Virus record (IMG/VR): IMGVR_UViG_3300032216_000679
Location: 7,408 to 71,407 of that record
Origin: a virus
Taxonomy: Duplodnaviria; Caudoviricetes
Direction: 5' to 3' (one strand)
Length of the DNA: 64,000 nucleotides
A model generated the notes under the pieces. It was not told the origin of the DNA and made no database searches. It saw only the letters and a program-made list of their open reading frames with translations. A program made the translations under genes and the position numbers. Of the stretch, positions 53,162 through 61,614 are shown piece after piece. How positions within the stretch are numbered: position 1 is the first letter of the stretch; the number at the start of each line of letters is the position of its first letter.

Positions 53162-54935
53162 TTTTAGTTCTTTTATGGAGGCACTAGATGATTCTCCATT
53201 TGAAGAAACTCCAGTAGATTTAGAAACATTTTTACATTCAGAAGATTTTTTGAATCAACCAGAACTTTCTCAAATTCAAAGAGATCTTGTAGAAGCAATG
53301 AGCCAAATCTACAAAGAAGAAGATCTAATTAGATTTATGGGTGAAAAAGAGGGCAGGGCACATTACAAGAAATATACTAAGGGTGAAGTAATTCTTCAAT
53401 GTGGCAAAGGTAGTGGAAAGGATCACACATCAACCATCGGTTGTGCTTATTTAGTTTATAAACTAATGTGTCTAAAAGATCCTGCGAGATACTTTGGCAA
53501 GCCTCCTGGCGATGCTATTGACATTATCAATATTGCTATTAACGCACAGCAGGCTAGAAATGTATTCTTTAAAGGGTTCAAGAATAAGATTGAGCGTTGT
53601 CCTTGGTTTGCTGGCAAGTACGATCCAAAAGCAGATAGTGTAGAGTTCGATAAGGCCATAACGGTCTATTCAGGCCACTCAGAGCGTGAATCACACGAGG
53701 GTCTAAATCTTATCCTTGCCATCCTTGACGAGATCTCTGGCTTTGCTCAGGACTCAGCAAGTGGCAATGAGAACGCAAAGACTGGTGATGCAATTTATAA
53801 AGCATTCAAGGCGTCAGTTGATTCACGTTTTCCAGACTATGGAAAAGTAATTCTTCTTTCATTCCCCCGCTACCCAGGAGATTTTATTTCCAAGCGGTAT
53901 GATGATGTTGTTGTTGAAAAAGAAGTTATCTACAAGAATCATAAGTTTATTATTGATCCAGATCTCCCACCTGATATAGAAGGAAATAATTTTGAAATTG
54001 AATGGGAAGAGGATCATATTATTTCTTACAGATATCCTGGAATCTTTGCCATTAAACGTCCGACATGGGACGTAAATCCTACTCGCAGCATTGAAGATTT
54101 TAAGATCTCATTTTTAACAGATCATGCAGATGCAATGCAAAGATTTGCTTGTATGCCATCATTTGCTTCTGATGCATTTTTTAAGCAGAGAGATAAACTT
54201 GAAAAGTGTATGAGTTTGAGAAATCCAATTGATGTATATAAAAGAATAGAGCCAACATTTGTTCCAGATGAAGATAAGATTTATTTTCTTCATGCCGATC
54301 TTGCACAAAAGCATGACAAGTGCGCTGTAGCAATTTCTCATGTACAGAAATGGGTAGAAGTAAAATCATTCAATGACTATACCCAGATTGTTCCATTTGT
54401 TATTGTGGATGCAATAGTGTGGTGGGAACCTCGTAAAGAAGGTCCAGTAGATCTTTCTGAGGTTAAGAATTGGATTGTAGATTTTAGGCGACAGGGATTC
54501 AATATAGGAATGGTAACCTTTGACCGTTGGCAGTCATTTGATATTCAACAGGAACTTAAGACGGTAGGAATCAAAACAGATACATTATCGGTGGCAAAGA
54601 AGCACTACGAGGATCTTGCCATGCTTATTTATGAAGAGCGAGTTGCTGCCCCTCATATTGATTTGCTTCTTGAGGAAATGGGTGAGTTAAGAATTGTTTC
54701 TGATAAGAAGGTTGACCATCCAAGAAAGAAGTCTAAGGACTTGGCTGACGCTATGTGTGGAGCGGTATATAATGCAATTAGTCACACGCCTCGCAATAGA
54801 AATCAAGAGATAGAAATTCATGATTGGAAATCTATCAGTAGATCAAATGAACAAAAACAAAAAGACGTTATCTCTGCTCCACCAAAACCAACACAAGATG
54901 TCTCTGAGTATCTTTCATCTTTTGGATTTTTCTAG
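53151..54935 (+). CDS. terminase large subunit
   Basis: GKGSGKD Walker A, AINAQQA, ILDEISGF Walker B, SFPRY, HADLAQKHD and SKDLADA nuclease motifs. Confidence 0.9.
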   Translation: MTIDFSSFMEALDDSPFEETPVDLETFLHSEDFLNQPELSQIQRDLVEAMSQIYKEEDLIRFMGEKEGRAHYKKYTKGEVILQCGKGSGKDHTSTIGCAYLVYKLMCLKDPARYFGKPPGDAIDIINIAINAQQARNVFFKGFKNKIERCPWFAGKYDPKADSVEFDKAITVYSGHSERESHEGLNLILAILDEISGFAQDSASGNENAKTGDAIYKAFKASVDSRFPDYGKVILLSFPRYPGDFISKRYDDVVVEKEVIYKNHKFIIDPDLPPDIEGNNFEIEWEEDHIISYRYPGIFAIKRPTWDVNPTRSIEDFKISFLTDHADAMQRFACMPSFASDAFFKQRDKLEKCMSLRNPIDVYKRIEPTFVPDEDKIYFLHADLAQKHDKCAVAISHVQKWVEVKSFNDYTQIVPFVIVDAIVWWEPRKEGPVDLSEVKNWIVDFRRQGFNIGMVTFDRWQSFDIQQELKTVGIKTDTLSVAKKHYEDLAMLIYEERVAAPHIDLLLEEMGELRIVSDKKVDHPRKKSKDLADAMCGAVYNAISHTPRNRNQEIEIHDWKSISRSNEQKQKDVISAPPKPTQDVSEYLSSFGFF

Positions 54936-54964
54936 TTGACATAGGCATCAATATGGCCTACAAT
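54936..54964 (+). promoter_or_regulatory. near-consensus sigma70/sigmaA promoter
   Basis: TTGACA-17 nt-TACAAT. Confidence 0.8.
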
Positions 54965-54986
54965 ATTCACAACATTAGGAGAAAAA

Positions 54987-55163
54987 ATGATTCTTGCATT
55001 TCTTATTATTTCTTTAGTAATTTGGACGCTATCTTGTATTGTAAATCTTTACACGATTGCAGAACAATCTAAAGAATCTAATATATCATCATTGACAACT
55101 ATTTCTTTAGGAATCAATCTTGTCATGCTTACTCTTAATATTTTTTGTATAACTGTCATATAA
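54987..55163 (+). CDS. small membrane protein with two TM segments (58 aa); absent from the ORF track
   Basis: SD AGGAG; MILAFLIISLVIWTLSCIVNLY...ISLGINLVMLTLNIFCITVI. Confidence 0.65.
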   Translation: MILAFLIISLVIWTLSCIVNLYTIAEQSKESNISSLTTISLGINLVMLTLNIFCITVI

Positions 55164-55169
55164 CTATAC

Positions 55170-55244
55170 GCGGCGGTAGCCTAGTTTGGTTTTGGCAGCG
55201 GTCTTATAAACCGTCAATCGTGGGTTCAAATCCCACCCGCCGTA
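55170..55244 (+). tRNA. tRNA-Ile (anticodon UAU)
   Basis: acceptor GCGGCGG/CCGCCGT, discriminator A, anticodon arm GCGGT-CTTATAA-ACCGT, T arm GTGGG-TTCAAAT-CCCAC; no encoded CCA. Confidence 0.85.
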
Positions 55245-55248
55245 CTCC

Positions 55249-55257
55249 TGATATAAT
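55249..55257 (+). promoter_or_regulatory. extended -10 TGATATAAT, 6 nt before GTG (leaderless)
   Basis: motif and spacing. Confidence 0.65.
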
Positions 55258-55263
55258 TTATTT

Positions 55264-55449
55264 GTGAGGATAGAGATTGAACCCGCTGCTGGTCAAAGGT
55301 ATAAGGGAGAACTTTTCATTGATGGAGAGTTAGTAGAAATGGTTTTTGACAAAAGGCCAGGATGTTGTGCAAGATCTCTTATGAATCAAATACTTTTTAA
55401 GTATGGACACCCAGAGGGAAAAATAACTTTAGAGATAGATGGATGGTAA
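55264..55449 (+). CDS. hypothetical protein
   Basis: 61-aa ORF with its own promoter. Confidence 0.6.
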   Translation: MRIEIEPAAGQRYKGELFIDGELVEMVFDKRPGCCARSLMNQILFKYGHPEGKITLEIDGW

Positions 55450-55452
55450 AAA

Positions 55453-55767
55453 ATGCCTTGGATAATTAGAAGAGCAGGATCGAAGTATGAGGTTGTTGTT
55501 GAAGGAACTGGTCGTGTAGTAGGAACTCACGAGACAAGAACAGAAGCAGCCGCTCAAGTTGGTGCCTTATATGCCAATGTTCCTGAAGCAGAAACAAGCA
55601 AGATTCAAGATTCTGGTCCTACCCCTCCAGTGGATGGTTCGGGAAGTATTAGCAATCAAGATACTATTAATACAAATACTAGAGTTGTTAATGGTTCTAA
55701 TTCAAATAAAAAGAAACCAAAACATCAATTTTGGGATGGATTTTTTTTCCCAAGACGTAATCCATAA
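55453..55767 (+). CDS. hypothetical protein, MPW...GTH.T...A..Q..ALYAN domain plus a C-terminal W-D-G-F-F tag
   Basis: translation; C-terminus resembles that of the scaffold. Confidence 0.7.
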   Translation: MPWIIRRAGSKYEVVVEGTGRVVGTHETRTEAAAQVGALYANVPEAETSKIQDSGPTPPVDGSGSISNQDTINTNTRVVNGSNSNKKKPKHQFWDGFFFPRRNP

Positions 55768-55786
55768 TTCATGATAAAATGAAGGA

Positions 55787-56092
55787 GTGAGTATGCAAAT
55801 ATTTGCAACACTTATTCCTTGGGTGGTATGTGTAATATTTTTGCTTTTGATATTAAAAAATAATTCAAAAAATACAAATGAAGAATTTATAGATTATGAA
55901 GATGAAGAAGAATCTGTGAGAGTAGCAATACTTGACGATAAGGCTTATTGGGTGTATCATAATACACTGTACGAAACAGATGTATATGATGGCGATCCAG
56001 ACTTTGATTCCGCTCAACCTGTGGATACTATGAGTTTGCCACATAAAGAACTGAATAGACTTCTATATATTCTTGATTCGTTAGCAGAATAA
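55787..56092 (+). CDS. membrane-anchored hypothetical protein
   Basis: N-terminal TM segment, acidic body; TGATAAAAT 6 nt upstream. Confidence 0.7.
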   Translation: MSMQIFATLIPWVVCVIFLLLILKNNSKNTNEEFIDYEDEEESVRVAILDDKAYWVYHNTLYETDVYDGDPDFDSAQPVDTMSLPHKELNRLLYILDSLAE

Positions 56093-56113
56093 AACAAAGG
56101 AAAGGAAACTTTA

Positions 56114-56458
56114 ATGAACATCGTTGTTCAGGGTACAAAGGAATTTGTTGACTACAACGTCTTTATGCGTGCAATGGGCGTTGCACTATCAACAATTGAT
56201 GATGAGGAATTTAATGTTTACTCAGTAGGTCCTACCCAAATTAATTCATTTACCGCTGAGTTCTGCAATCTTTCAGAGAATGGATTAAAACGACGAGGCA
56301 TTAAGACACGTTTCTTTAAGGTGCCTACTTCATATATTGAAGAGCATATGGAAGATTTTGATTATTTCGCCTTTCTCTCTACCCCGAATCAGCGACCGTC
56401 TAAGTTGGTTGCACAGGCAGAACTTTCGGGAGTAGAGTGTGGAATCTTTAGATACTAG
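56114..56458 (+). CDS. hypothetical protein, possibly SLOG/Rossmann-like
   Basis: MNIVVQGTKEFVDYNVF N-terminus; SD AAGGAAAGG. Confidence 0.55.
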   Translation: MNIVVQGTKEFVDYNVFMRAMGVALSTIDDEEFNVYSVGPTQINSFTAEFCNLSENGLKRRGIKTRFFKVPTSYIEEHMEDFDYFAFLSTPNQRPSKLVAQAELSGVECGIFRY

Positions 56459-56466
56459 GAGATTTC

Positions 56467-56826
56467 ATGTTGAGCAGAAAGGATTTTGCCTATCTTAGTG
56501 TTGCGCGATACCTTGCAACAAAGTCAACTGCAAGAAATACTCATGGCGCTGTCGTTGTAAAAGGCGGCAGAGTTTTGGGTACTGGTTTTAATAAAGATAG
56601 AAATCATCCAAAGATAGTCTCTCCAGAACATATTAAAACAGATTGCTCTACTCATGCAGAAGAGGTTGCAATTCGTGATGCTGGAGAGGATAATATCAAG
56701 GGTGCAATTATTTATGTTGCACGAGTAAACCGTCATGGTAACGATAGGGATAGCAAGCCCTGCCCTCGCTGTAGTAAGTTGATTGAGCGAGTAGGTATTA
56801 AGCGAGTTATTTTTACATCTCAATAG
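56467..56826 (+). CDS. cytidine/dCMP deaminase-family protein
   Basis: HGAVVV...GFN, THAEEVAI, SKPCPRC. Confidence 0.88.
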   Translation: MLSRKDFAYLSVARYLATKSTARNTHGAVVVKGGRVLGTGFNKDRNHPKIVSPEHIKTDCSTHAEEVAIRDAGEDNIKGAIIYVARVNRHGNDRDSKPCPRCSKLIERVGIKRVIFTSQ

Positions 56827-56834
56827 GAGAAAAA

Positions 56835-57065
56835 ATGGTAGTAACAAATTTAGATTACATGGAAAGCATTGTTTCATCACGCCATGACCTTGAATGGGAT
56901 GGTTGGAATGTTATTAAATATACAAAAGATCCTAATGGCTTTTCATCAGTTGATGGTGTATTTAGAAAAGGCATGTGGTTTAAGAAGAGAGTATTTTCAT
57001 TAACAGAAAAGGGATGGAACATTCCTGAAAACATTGGGCGTCGTCATGCACAAATGGAAGGATGA
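56835..57065 (+). CDS. hypothetical protein
   Basis: SD AGGAG; LEWDGWNV. Confidence 0.7.
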   Translation: MVVTNLDYMESIVSSRHDLEWDGWNVIKYTKDPNGFSSVDGVFRKGMWFKKRVFSLTEKGWNIPENIGRRHAQMEG

Positions 57066-57327
57066 AGCCAAATGTTTGGGAATGGACACCAACCTCTTCT
57101 TTGACAAATATGAAGAAGATCATTTTATAGCAAGAGCAATTGACAAACTTTGTCAAGCGTGTCCAGTAAATAAAACATGCTTTTCTGTCGGTGTGTCAAA
57201 TAAAGAATGGGGTGTTCATGGTGGTGTATACTTAAAAGAAGGTAGCATAGATAAGGAGTTTAATTCTCATAAGTCAAGACAAGATTGGGCTGACGTATGG
57301 GAATCCTTAACAATGGAGATGCAATGA
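57046..57327 (+). CDS. whiB: WhiB-family Fe-S transcription factor (track start 57034)
   Basis: W...AKC...LFF...CQACPV...C...GVHGG. Confidence 0.88.
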   Translation: MHKWKDEAKCLGMDTNLFFDKYEEDHFIARAIDKLCQACPVNKTCFSVGVSNKEWGVHGGVYLKEGSIDKEFNSHKSRQDWADVWESLTMEMQ

Positions 57328-57587
57328 TTTATACACCAAAAATAAAAGCAGAAGTTCATTCTATTCCAGTTCCATCTGACTTTGTTATGGATATTGTTGA
57401 GTACCCATTTAATCCACCCTATCTTGCATTGAGATTTTATGAAAGTCATTGGAGACATATGTCTGACAATGAAAGAATTAAATGCATTGAGTATATGGCT
57501 AAAGTAAAAAGAATTATAGAATCCTATGGCATTAATGTAACTACCGACCCAGTATATGATTTACCTGGCGGTCAGGAAATAGGATGA
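57324..57587 (+). CDS. hypothetical protein (track start 57297)
   Basis: ATGA coupling on both sides. Confidence 0.7.
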   Translation: MIYTPKIKAEVHSIPVPSDFVMDIVEYPFNPPYLALRFYESHWRHMSDNERIKCIEYMAKVKRIIESYGINVTTDPVYDLPGGQEIG

Positions 57588-58636
57588 GTATTTTTATTTC
57601 AATTGCATCATATCGTGATTTAGAATTAGTCAAAACTGTCGAAAGCATTTATGACAATGCACAAAATCCAGACGATTTGATCTTTGGAATAGTATCTCAA
57701 GATTATAACAACAAGCATCCAGATTTTAGTTGGCTTGGCGATCAATTGCGAATGCGTAAAATGCTTTTTACTGAAGCAAAGGGTGCTGGATATGCAAGAA
57801 AAATTGCAATGGAATTATATGATGAGGAGGATTATTTCTTTCAAATAGATTCTCATATGAGATTTGCAAAAGGATGGGATACAAAATTAAAAGAAATGAT
57901 TTCTATTTGTCAAAAGGAACAAGGTACAGATAAAATAATTTTAAGTCAATTCCCAGCACCTTATGAAATCTTTACAGATGGCACAGAAAATTTTCCTATT
58001 GCAGATGAAGATTTTTGGAGCGATCCTTCTTGGACAAGTGTTGTTAATACTGCAACAGGAGTTTGGGCGGGACATAGAGAAAAGATTGAGAATAAAAATA
58101 AACCTCACTATTCTCACACAGTCTTGGGCGCTTTGATATTTGCTCCTGGATATATAACAAAAGAAATTCCATATGATGAAAGAATTTCTTTTATGGGAGA
58201 AGAATTGTGTTTTGCTATTCGTGCATATACTAGAGGCTGGCATATATATGCACCTAATGAAATGATTGCTTGGCATTTTTATACAAGAAAAGATAGGCCA
58301 AAAATATGGCATGACAACTTTGCAAAAAGAAGTTGGACAAATATCGAAATGGAATCTCAAAGAATTCAAAAAAATATTTTGTTGGCAGTTGAGCAGGGCA
58401 CATATGGAGTCGATGACTATAAAAAATATGTTGACTATCAAAAAATGATAGGAATAAACTTTGAAGAATTTTATGCCAGTGGAATAATTGATGAAAAAAT
58501 AAATATGGCATCTATTATTGAAGAACTTGATTTCTTTAGTCCAAGAAGAACAGGGTATTGTTTAAATGGAATGCATTCTTTATGTAAAATTAAACAATGT
58601 GAATGTAAATGTCATATAATAAAGGAAGATAAATGA
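57584..58636 (+). CDS. glycosyltransferase, GT60 / Skp1 GlcNAc-transferase-like
   Basis: SIFISIASYRD, GAGYAR, YFFQIDSHMRFAKGWD, FMGEE, RAYTRGW, WHFY. Confidence 0.8.
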   Translation: MSIFISIASYRDLELVKTVESIYDNAQNPDDLIFGIVSQDYNNKHPDFSWLGDQLRMRKMLFTEAKGAGYARKIAMELYDEEDYFFQIDSHMRFAKGWDTKLKEMISICQKEQGTDKIILSQFPAPYEIFTDGTENFPIADEDFWSDPSWTSVVNTATGVWAGHREKIENKNKPHYSHTVLGALIFAPGYITKEIPYDERISFMGEELCFAIRAYTRGWHIYAPNEMIAWHFYTRKDRPKIWHDNFAKRSWTNIEMESQRIQKNILLAVEQGTYGVDDYKKYVDYQKMIGINFEEFYASGIIDEKINMASIIEELDFFSPRRTGYCLNGMHSLCKIKQCECKCHIIKEDK

Positions 58637-59253
58637 TGCAGCAAATAGTTATTCCGTGGAGAGATGCTGGATGTGGTTACAGGCTTAGGTCATTTAATTT
58701 TTTATGTGATTACTATTCAAAAAAATATGAAATAGTAATTGGAGATAAAAGCGATATTCATGGTAATTTTAGTAGATCTGGTTCTAGAAATGATGGAGTA
58801 TCAAAAACTGACGGGGAAATTGTTATTGTTATTGATTCTGATAATTACATAAACGTTTCTCAAATTGAAAAAGCAATAGATGCTGCATTAAATAACAATG
58901 TTTTAGTAAAGCCTAACTCTAAGTTCGGTTATGTTAGTGAAGAGTCAACACAGAACTTTTATAATGGTAAGAAAATTTCGCTTGATTTAGTAGATTTTCA
59001 AAGTCCTCCAGCAAGTTTTTTTCACGGTGGGGCGTATGTTATAAAAAGAAGTCTTTGGGATTTCGTTGGGGGTATGGATGAAGAATTTATTGGATACGGG
59101 GGAGAAGATGATGCATTTCATATCTCATGTGAAAGCAAACTTGGTAAAACTATTTGGATAAAAGGATACGATTATCATCTATATCATCCAGCGAATAGAG
59201 TGACGCCAAAAGAGAATTACAATAGGCTCATGGAATTCTACCCAGAAGGATAA
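58633..59253 (+). CDS. GT-A glycosyltransferase (GT2/GT7-like)
   Basis: IVIPWR, FSRSGSRN, IDSD, VGGMDEEFIGYGGEDD, HLYH. Confidence 0.82.
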   Translation: MMQQIVIPWRDAGCGYRLRSFNFLCDYYSKKYEIVIGDKSDIHGNFSRSGSRNDGVSKTDGEIVIVIDSDNYINVSQIEKAIDAALNNNVLVKPNSKFGYVSEESTQNFYNGKKISLDLVDFQSPPASFFHGGAYVIKRSLWDFVGGMDEEFIGYGGEDDAFHISCESKLGKTIWIKGYDYHLYHPANRVTPKENYNRLMEFYPEG

Positions 59254-59254
59254 A

Positions 59255-59983
59255 ATGAAGAGCATTGCTGCAATTCCAGTAAAAAATAAGATAGAGTGGA
59301 CAGCGCCGCTCATTGAGCATTTGCTTTTAGCAGATACGCTTGATGAAGTGTGGCTATATGATAATGGAAGCACAGATCTAACAAATGATTGGGTGCTCCA
59401 TAGAATGAAAACGGACAGAAGACTTAAATTAATTAATGCTGCTGGCATGAGGTTGTATGATATGTGGAATCATATGATAAAAACTGCAAGCGTATTAGAC
59501 AATCAAGTTAATCTTGCTATTCTTAATAATGATATTCGTCTTGCTCCTAATGCTATTTATGATATATCTACAATAATGAGATTAAGTAACTATACTATTG
59601 CTACTATTGATCCAACACTTACTTCAATATTTACTCCTGCGATAAATGAATATAAAGGTGGCTCTACATTAGCCAAACCAATTGATCCATATCCAGAAAA
59701 GGTGACTCCAGATAAAAGAATTGGATATGCTTTTGTAGTAGCAGCAGAGTTTTGGAAAGATAAAGAATACGCAATTCATCCAGATTTTATTATTTGGTGG
59801 GGAGATGACGATTTGTTTTTAAGGGCGGCAAAGGATGGAGCAACAATATGTCTTGTGAGGGGCATAGGATGCGATCATGCAGAAAGTAGAACTTTAAACG
59901 AAGATCCCAATAGAAATACTAACATAGAATTAGATAGAGAAACATTTAAAAGAATGAAAGACAATGGATGCTATAATAGATAA
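59255..59983 (+). CDS. GT2-family glycosyltransferase
   Basis: AAIPV, YDNGSTD, LNND, WWGDDD. Confidence 0.8.
   Translation: MKSIAAIPVKNKIEWTAPLIEHLLLADTLDEVWLYDNGSTDLTNDWVLHRMKTDRRLKLINAAGMRLYDMWNHMIKTASVLDNQVNLAILNNDIRLAPNAIYDISTIMRLSNYTIATIDPTLTSIFTPAINEYKGGSTLAKPIDPYPEKVTPDKRIGYAFVVAAEFWKDKEYAIHPDFIIWWGDDDLFLRAAKDGATICLVRGIGCDHAESRTLNEDPNRNTNIELDRETFKRMKDNGCYNR
59969..59977 (+). promoter_or_regulatory. extended -10 TGCTATAAT, 7 nt before ATG 59985 (leaderless)
   Basis: motif inside the 3' end of the GT2 gene. Confidence 0.65.
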
Positions 59984-59984
59984 C

Positions 59985-60425
59985 ATGGAAGAGTTAATTA
60001 GTGCATTAAAATCACTAGTTGCAGATCAATATGTCGTTTATCATAAGGCTCACGGCTATCACTGGAATGTAGAAGGTATTCACTTTGCCATGTTCCACGA
60101 TCTCTTTGCTGAAATTTATGAAGATGTTTATGATTCAATTGACCCCACAGCAGAAAATATTCGTAAAATTGGTGGGTATGCTCCATTTACAATGACTAGA
60201 TTACAAGAACTTAGAACAATTCCCGATGTAGATGTATCAACTAATCCAATGGATATGGTTGAGGATCTTTATAATGCAAACATGATGATCATTCAGTCAA
60301 TTGTCAAAATATTTGATCTCGCTACCTCTCTTAATGAGCAGGGAATTGCAAATCTTATGGCAGATCGCCAAGACATGCACGAGAAATGGTGCTGGCAATT
60401 GCGTGTTTCCATGAAACAATTCTGA
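59985..60425 (+). CDS. dps: Dps / ferritin-like DNA protection protein (track start 59964)
   Basis: KAHGYHWNVEG..F...H..F..IY, D..AENIR..G, HEK..W. Confidence 0.9.
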   Translation: MEELISALKSLVADQYVVYHKAHGYHWNVEGIHFAMFHDLFAEIYEDVYDSIDPTAENIRKIGGYAPFTMTRLQELRTIPDVDVSTNPMDMVEDLYNANMMIIQSIVKIFDLATSLNEQGIANLMADRQDMHEKWCWQLRVSMKQF

Positions 60426-60426
60426 A

Positions 60427-60645
60427 ATGTACTTTCTGAAAGAATCTAGATCTGGCCTCAAATGGACAGCAGAGTTGTGGGAAAAACAATGGTCAGAAGA
60501 ACTATCTTCATATACAACTAATTTAATAACTAAAAAAGATTTTTGGTATTGGAATGGCTCCTTGTTTTGGGCAAGGAAATATTTTTTTGATTTAATGATA
60601 AATAATGGCGAATTAACAATAAGGAGAAAAAATGAGCAAGGATAA
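60427..60645 (+). CDS. Trp-rich hypothetical protein
   Basis: 72-aa ORF filling the gap after dps. Confidence 0.5.
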   Translation: MYFLKESRSGLKWTAELWEKQWSEELSSYTTNLITKKDFWYWNGSLFWARKYFFDLMINNGELTIRRKNEQG

Positions 60646-60805
60646 TGATGTTGTAAGTTTTACTTTAAACAACACTATTCAAAGAATTGCAAAGATTGTA
60701 AATAACTATGAAATTGAAATTGCTAATCTCACAATGGAACTTGTCAAGACTCAGTTAGAGTTAGATGAATTAAAGGCCACGCCGCCCACTAAAACAAAGC
60801 CATGA
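60632..60805 (+). CDS. small coiled-coil protein (57 aa); absent from the ORF track
   Basis: SD AAGGAG; MSKDNDVVSFTLNNTIQRIAKIVNNYEIEIANLTMELVK... Confidence 0.65.
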   Translation: MSKDNDVVSFTLNNTIQRIAKIVNNYEIEIANLTMELVKTQLELDELKATPPTKTKP

Positions 60806-60811
60806 TAGAAT
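60803..60811 (+). promoter_or_regulatory. extended -10 TGATAGAAT, 6 nt before ATG (leaderless)
   Basis: motif and spacing. Confidence 0.6.
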
Positions 60812-60817
60812 AGTTAT

Positions 60818-61096
60818 ATGAATAACAATCTTTCTAAGAAAGACTACAACACAACAGACCGTCGTAGAATGTCTCAGTCAGGTGTAGCAATGTCTGACGG
60901 ATCATTCCCCATTGCCAATAGAGATGATTTGGCTAATGCCATTCAGTCAGTTGGTCGTGCATCTAATTACGATGCTGCTCGCCGTCATATCATCTCTCGT
61001 GCCCGTGCTCTTGGAGCAGTATCAATGCTGCCAAAAGAATGGAATGTAACGAAAGATATTTGGGGCGGAAGTTTTGCTCCATTCAAGAAGGCATAA
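60818..61096 (+). CDS. hypothetical protein (DUF6582-like) with a C-terminal KDIWGGSF tag
   Basis: G.AMSDGSFPI...DLANAI...GRA...RRHI..RARALG...LP..W. Confidence 0.75.
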   Translation: MNNNLSKKDYNTTDRRRMSQSGVAMSDGSFPIANRDDLANAIQSVGRASNYDAARRHIISRARALGAVSMLPKEWNVTKDIWGGSFAPFKKA

Positions 61097-61483
61097 ATGT
61101 CTATCATAGTTGATATTGATGGAACAATGCTTTTTCATGGAAAAACTCCTATTAAGCGTGTTATCGACTATGTAAATTCTCAGGGTACTGTTTATGTTAT
61201 CACCGCACGACCAGAATCAAGAAGGCCAGAAACTGTTGCTGCATTAAAAAATGCTGGAGTAAGTTACAATAGGCTAATGATGAACTCTGTTGGTCCATCT
61301 CATAAGGATGGCGTAGAATCAAAACGTCGTCACGCAAAATCTTTGAGTGGAGTGACAGAGGCAATTGATAATGATGCTGATGTTCGCAGAATGTATGAAA
61401 GTCTTGGATTAAAGGCTGTTAATCCATCATCTATTGGTAAATCAATTTGGGCGGGAGCATTTACTAAGTGGAAGACGATCTAG
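61097..61483 (+). CDS. HAD-family phosphatase (polynucleotide 3'-phosphatase-like) with a C-terminal KSIWAGAF tag
   Basis: IIVDIDGT, VITARP, K, AIDND. Confidence 0.82.
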   Translation: MSIIVDIDGTMLFHGKTPIKRVIDYVNSQGTVYVITARPESRRPETVAALKNAGVSYNRLMMNSVGPSHKDGVESKRRHAKSLSGVTEAIDNDADVRRMYESLGLKAVNPSSIGKSIWAGAFTKWKTI

Positions 61484-61614
61484 AAGCATATGTTTGCATA
61501 ACTCATCAATGCTTAGTTCCATGTAAGGAAGGCGAGCATCACCTTATATCTAACTGGTATACTGACGTTAATAAAATTTTAGAACTAATGAGGGAGAAAG
61601 AAAATGGAAGTTAG
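61468..61614 (+). CDS. small Cys/His protein (48 aa); absent from the ORF track
   Basis: GTG start after GGGAG; MEDDLEAYVCITHQCLVPCKEGEHHLISNW...; fills the gap before the lysin. Confidence 0.45.
   Translation: MEDDLEAYVCITHQCLVPCKEGEHHLISNWYTDVNKILELMREKENGS

Noticed and set aside
4454-54935. Inteins or group I introns in nrdJ, dnaB, dnaE, recA or terL
   Set aside because: The reading frames are continuous and of ordinary length, with no C/S...HN splice motifs, LAGLIDADG inserts or split conserved motifs.
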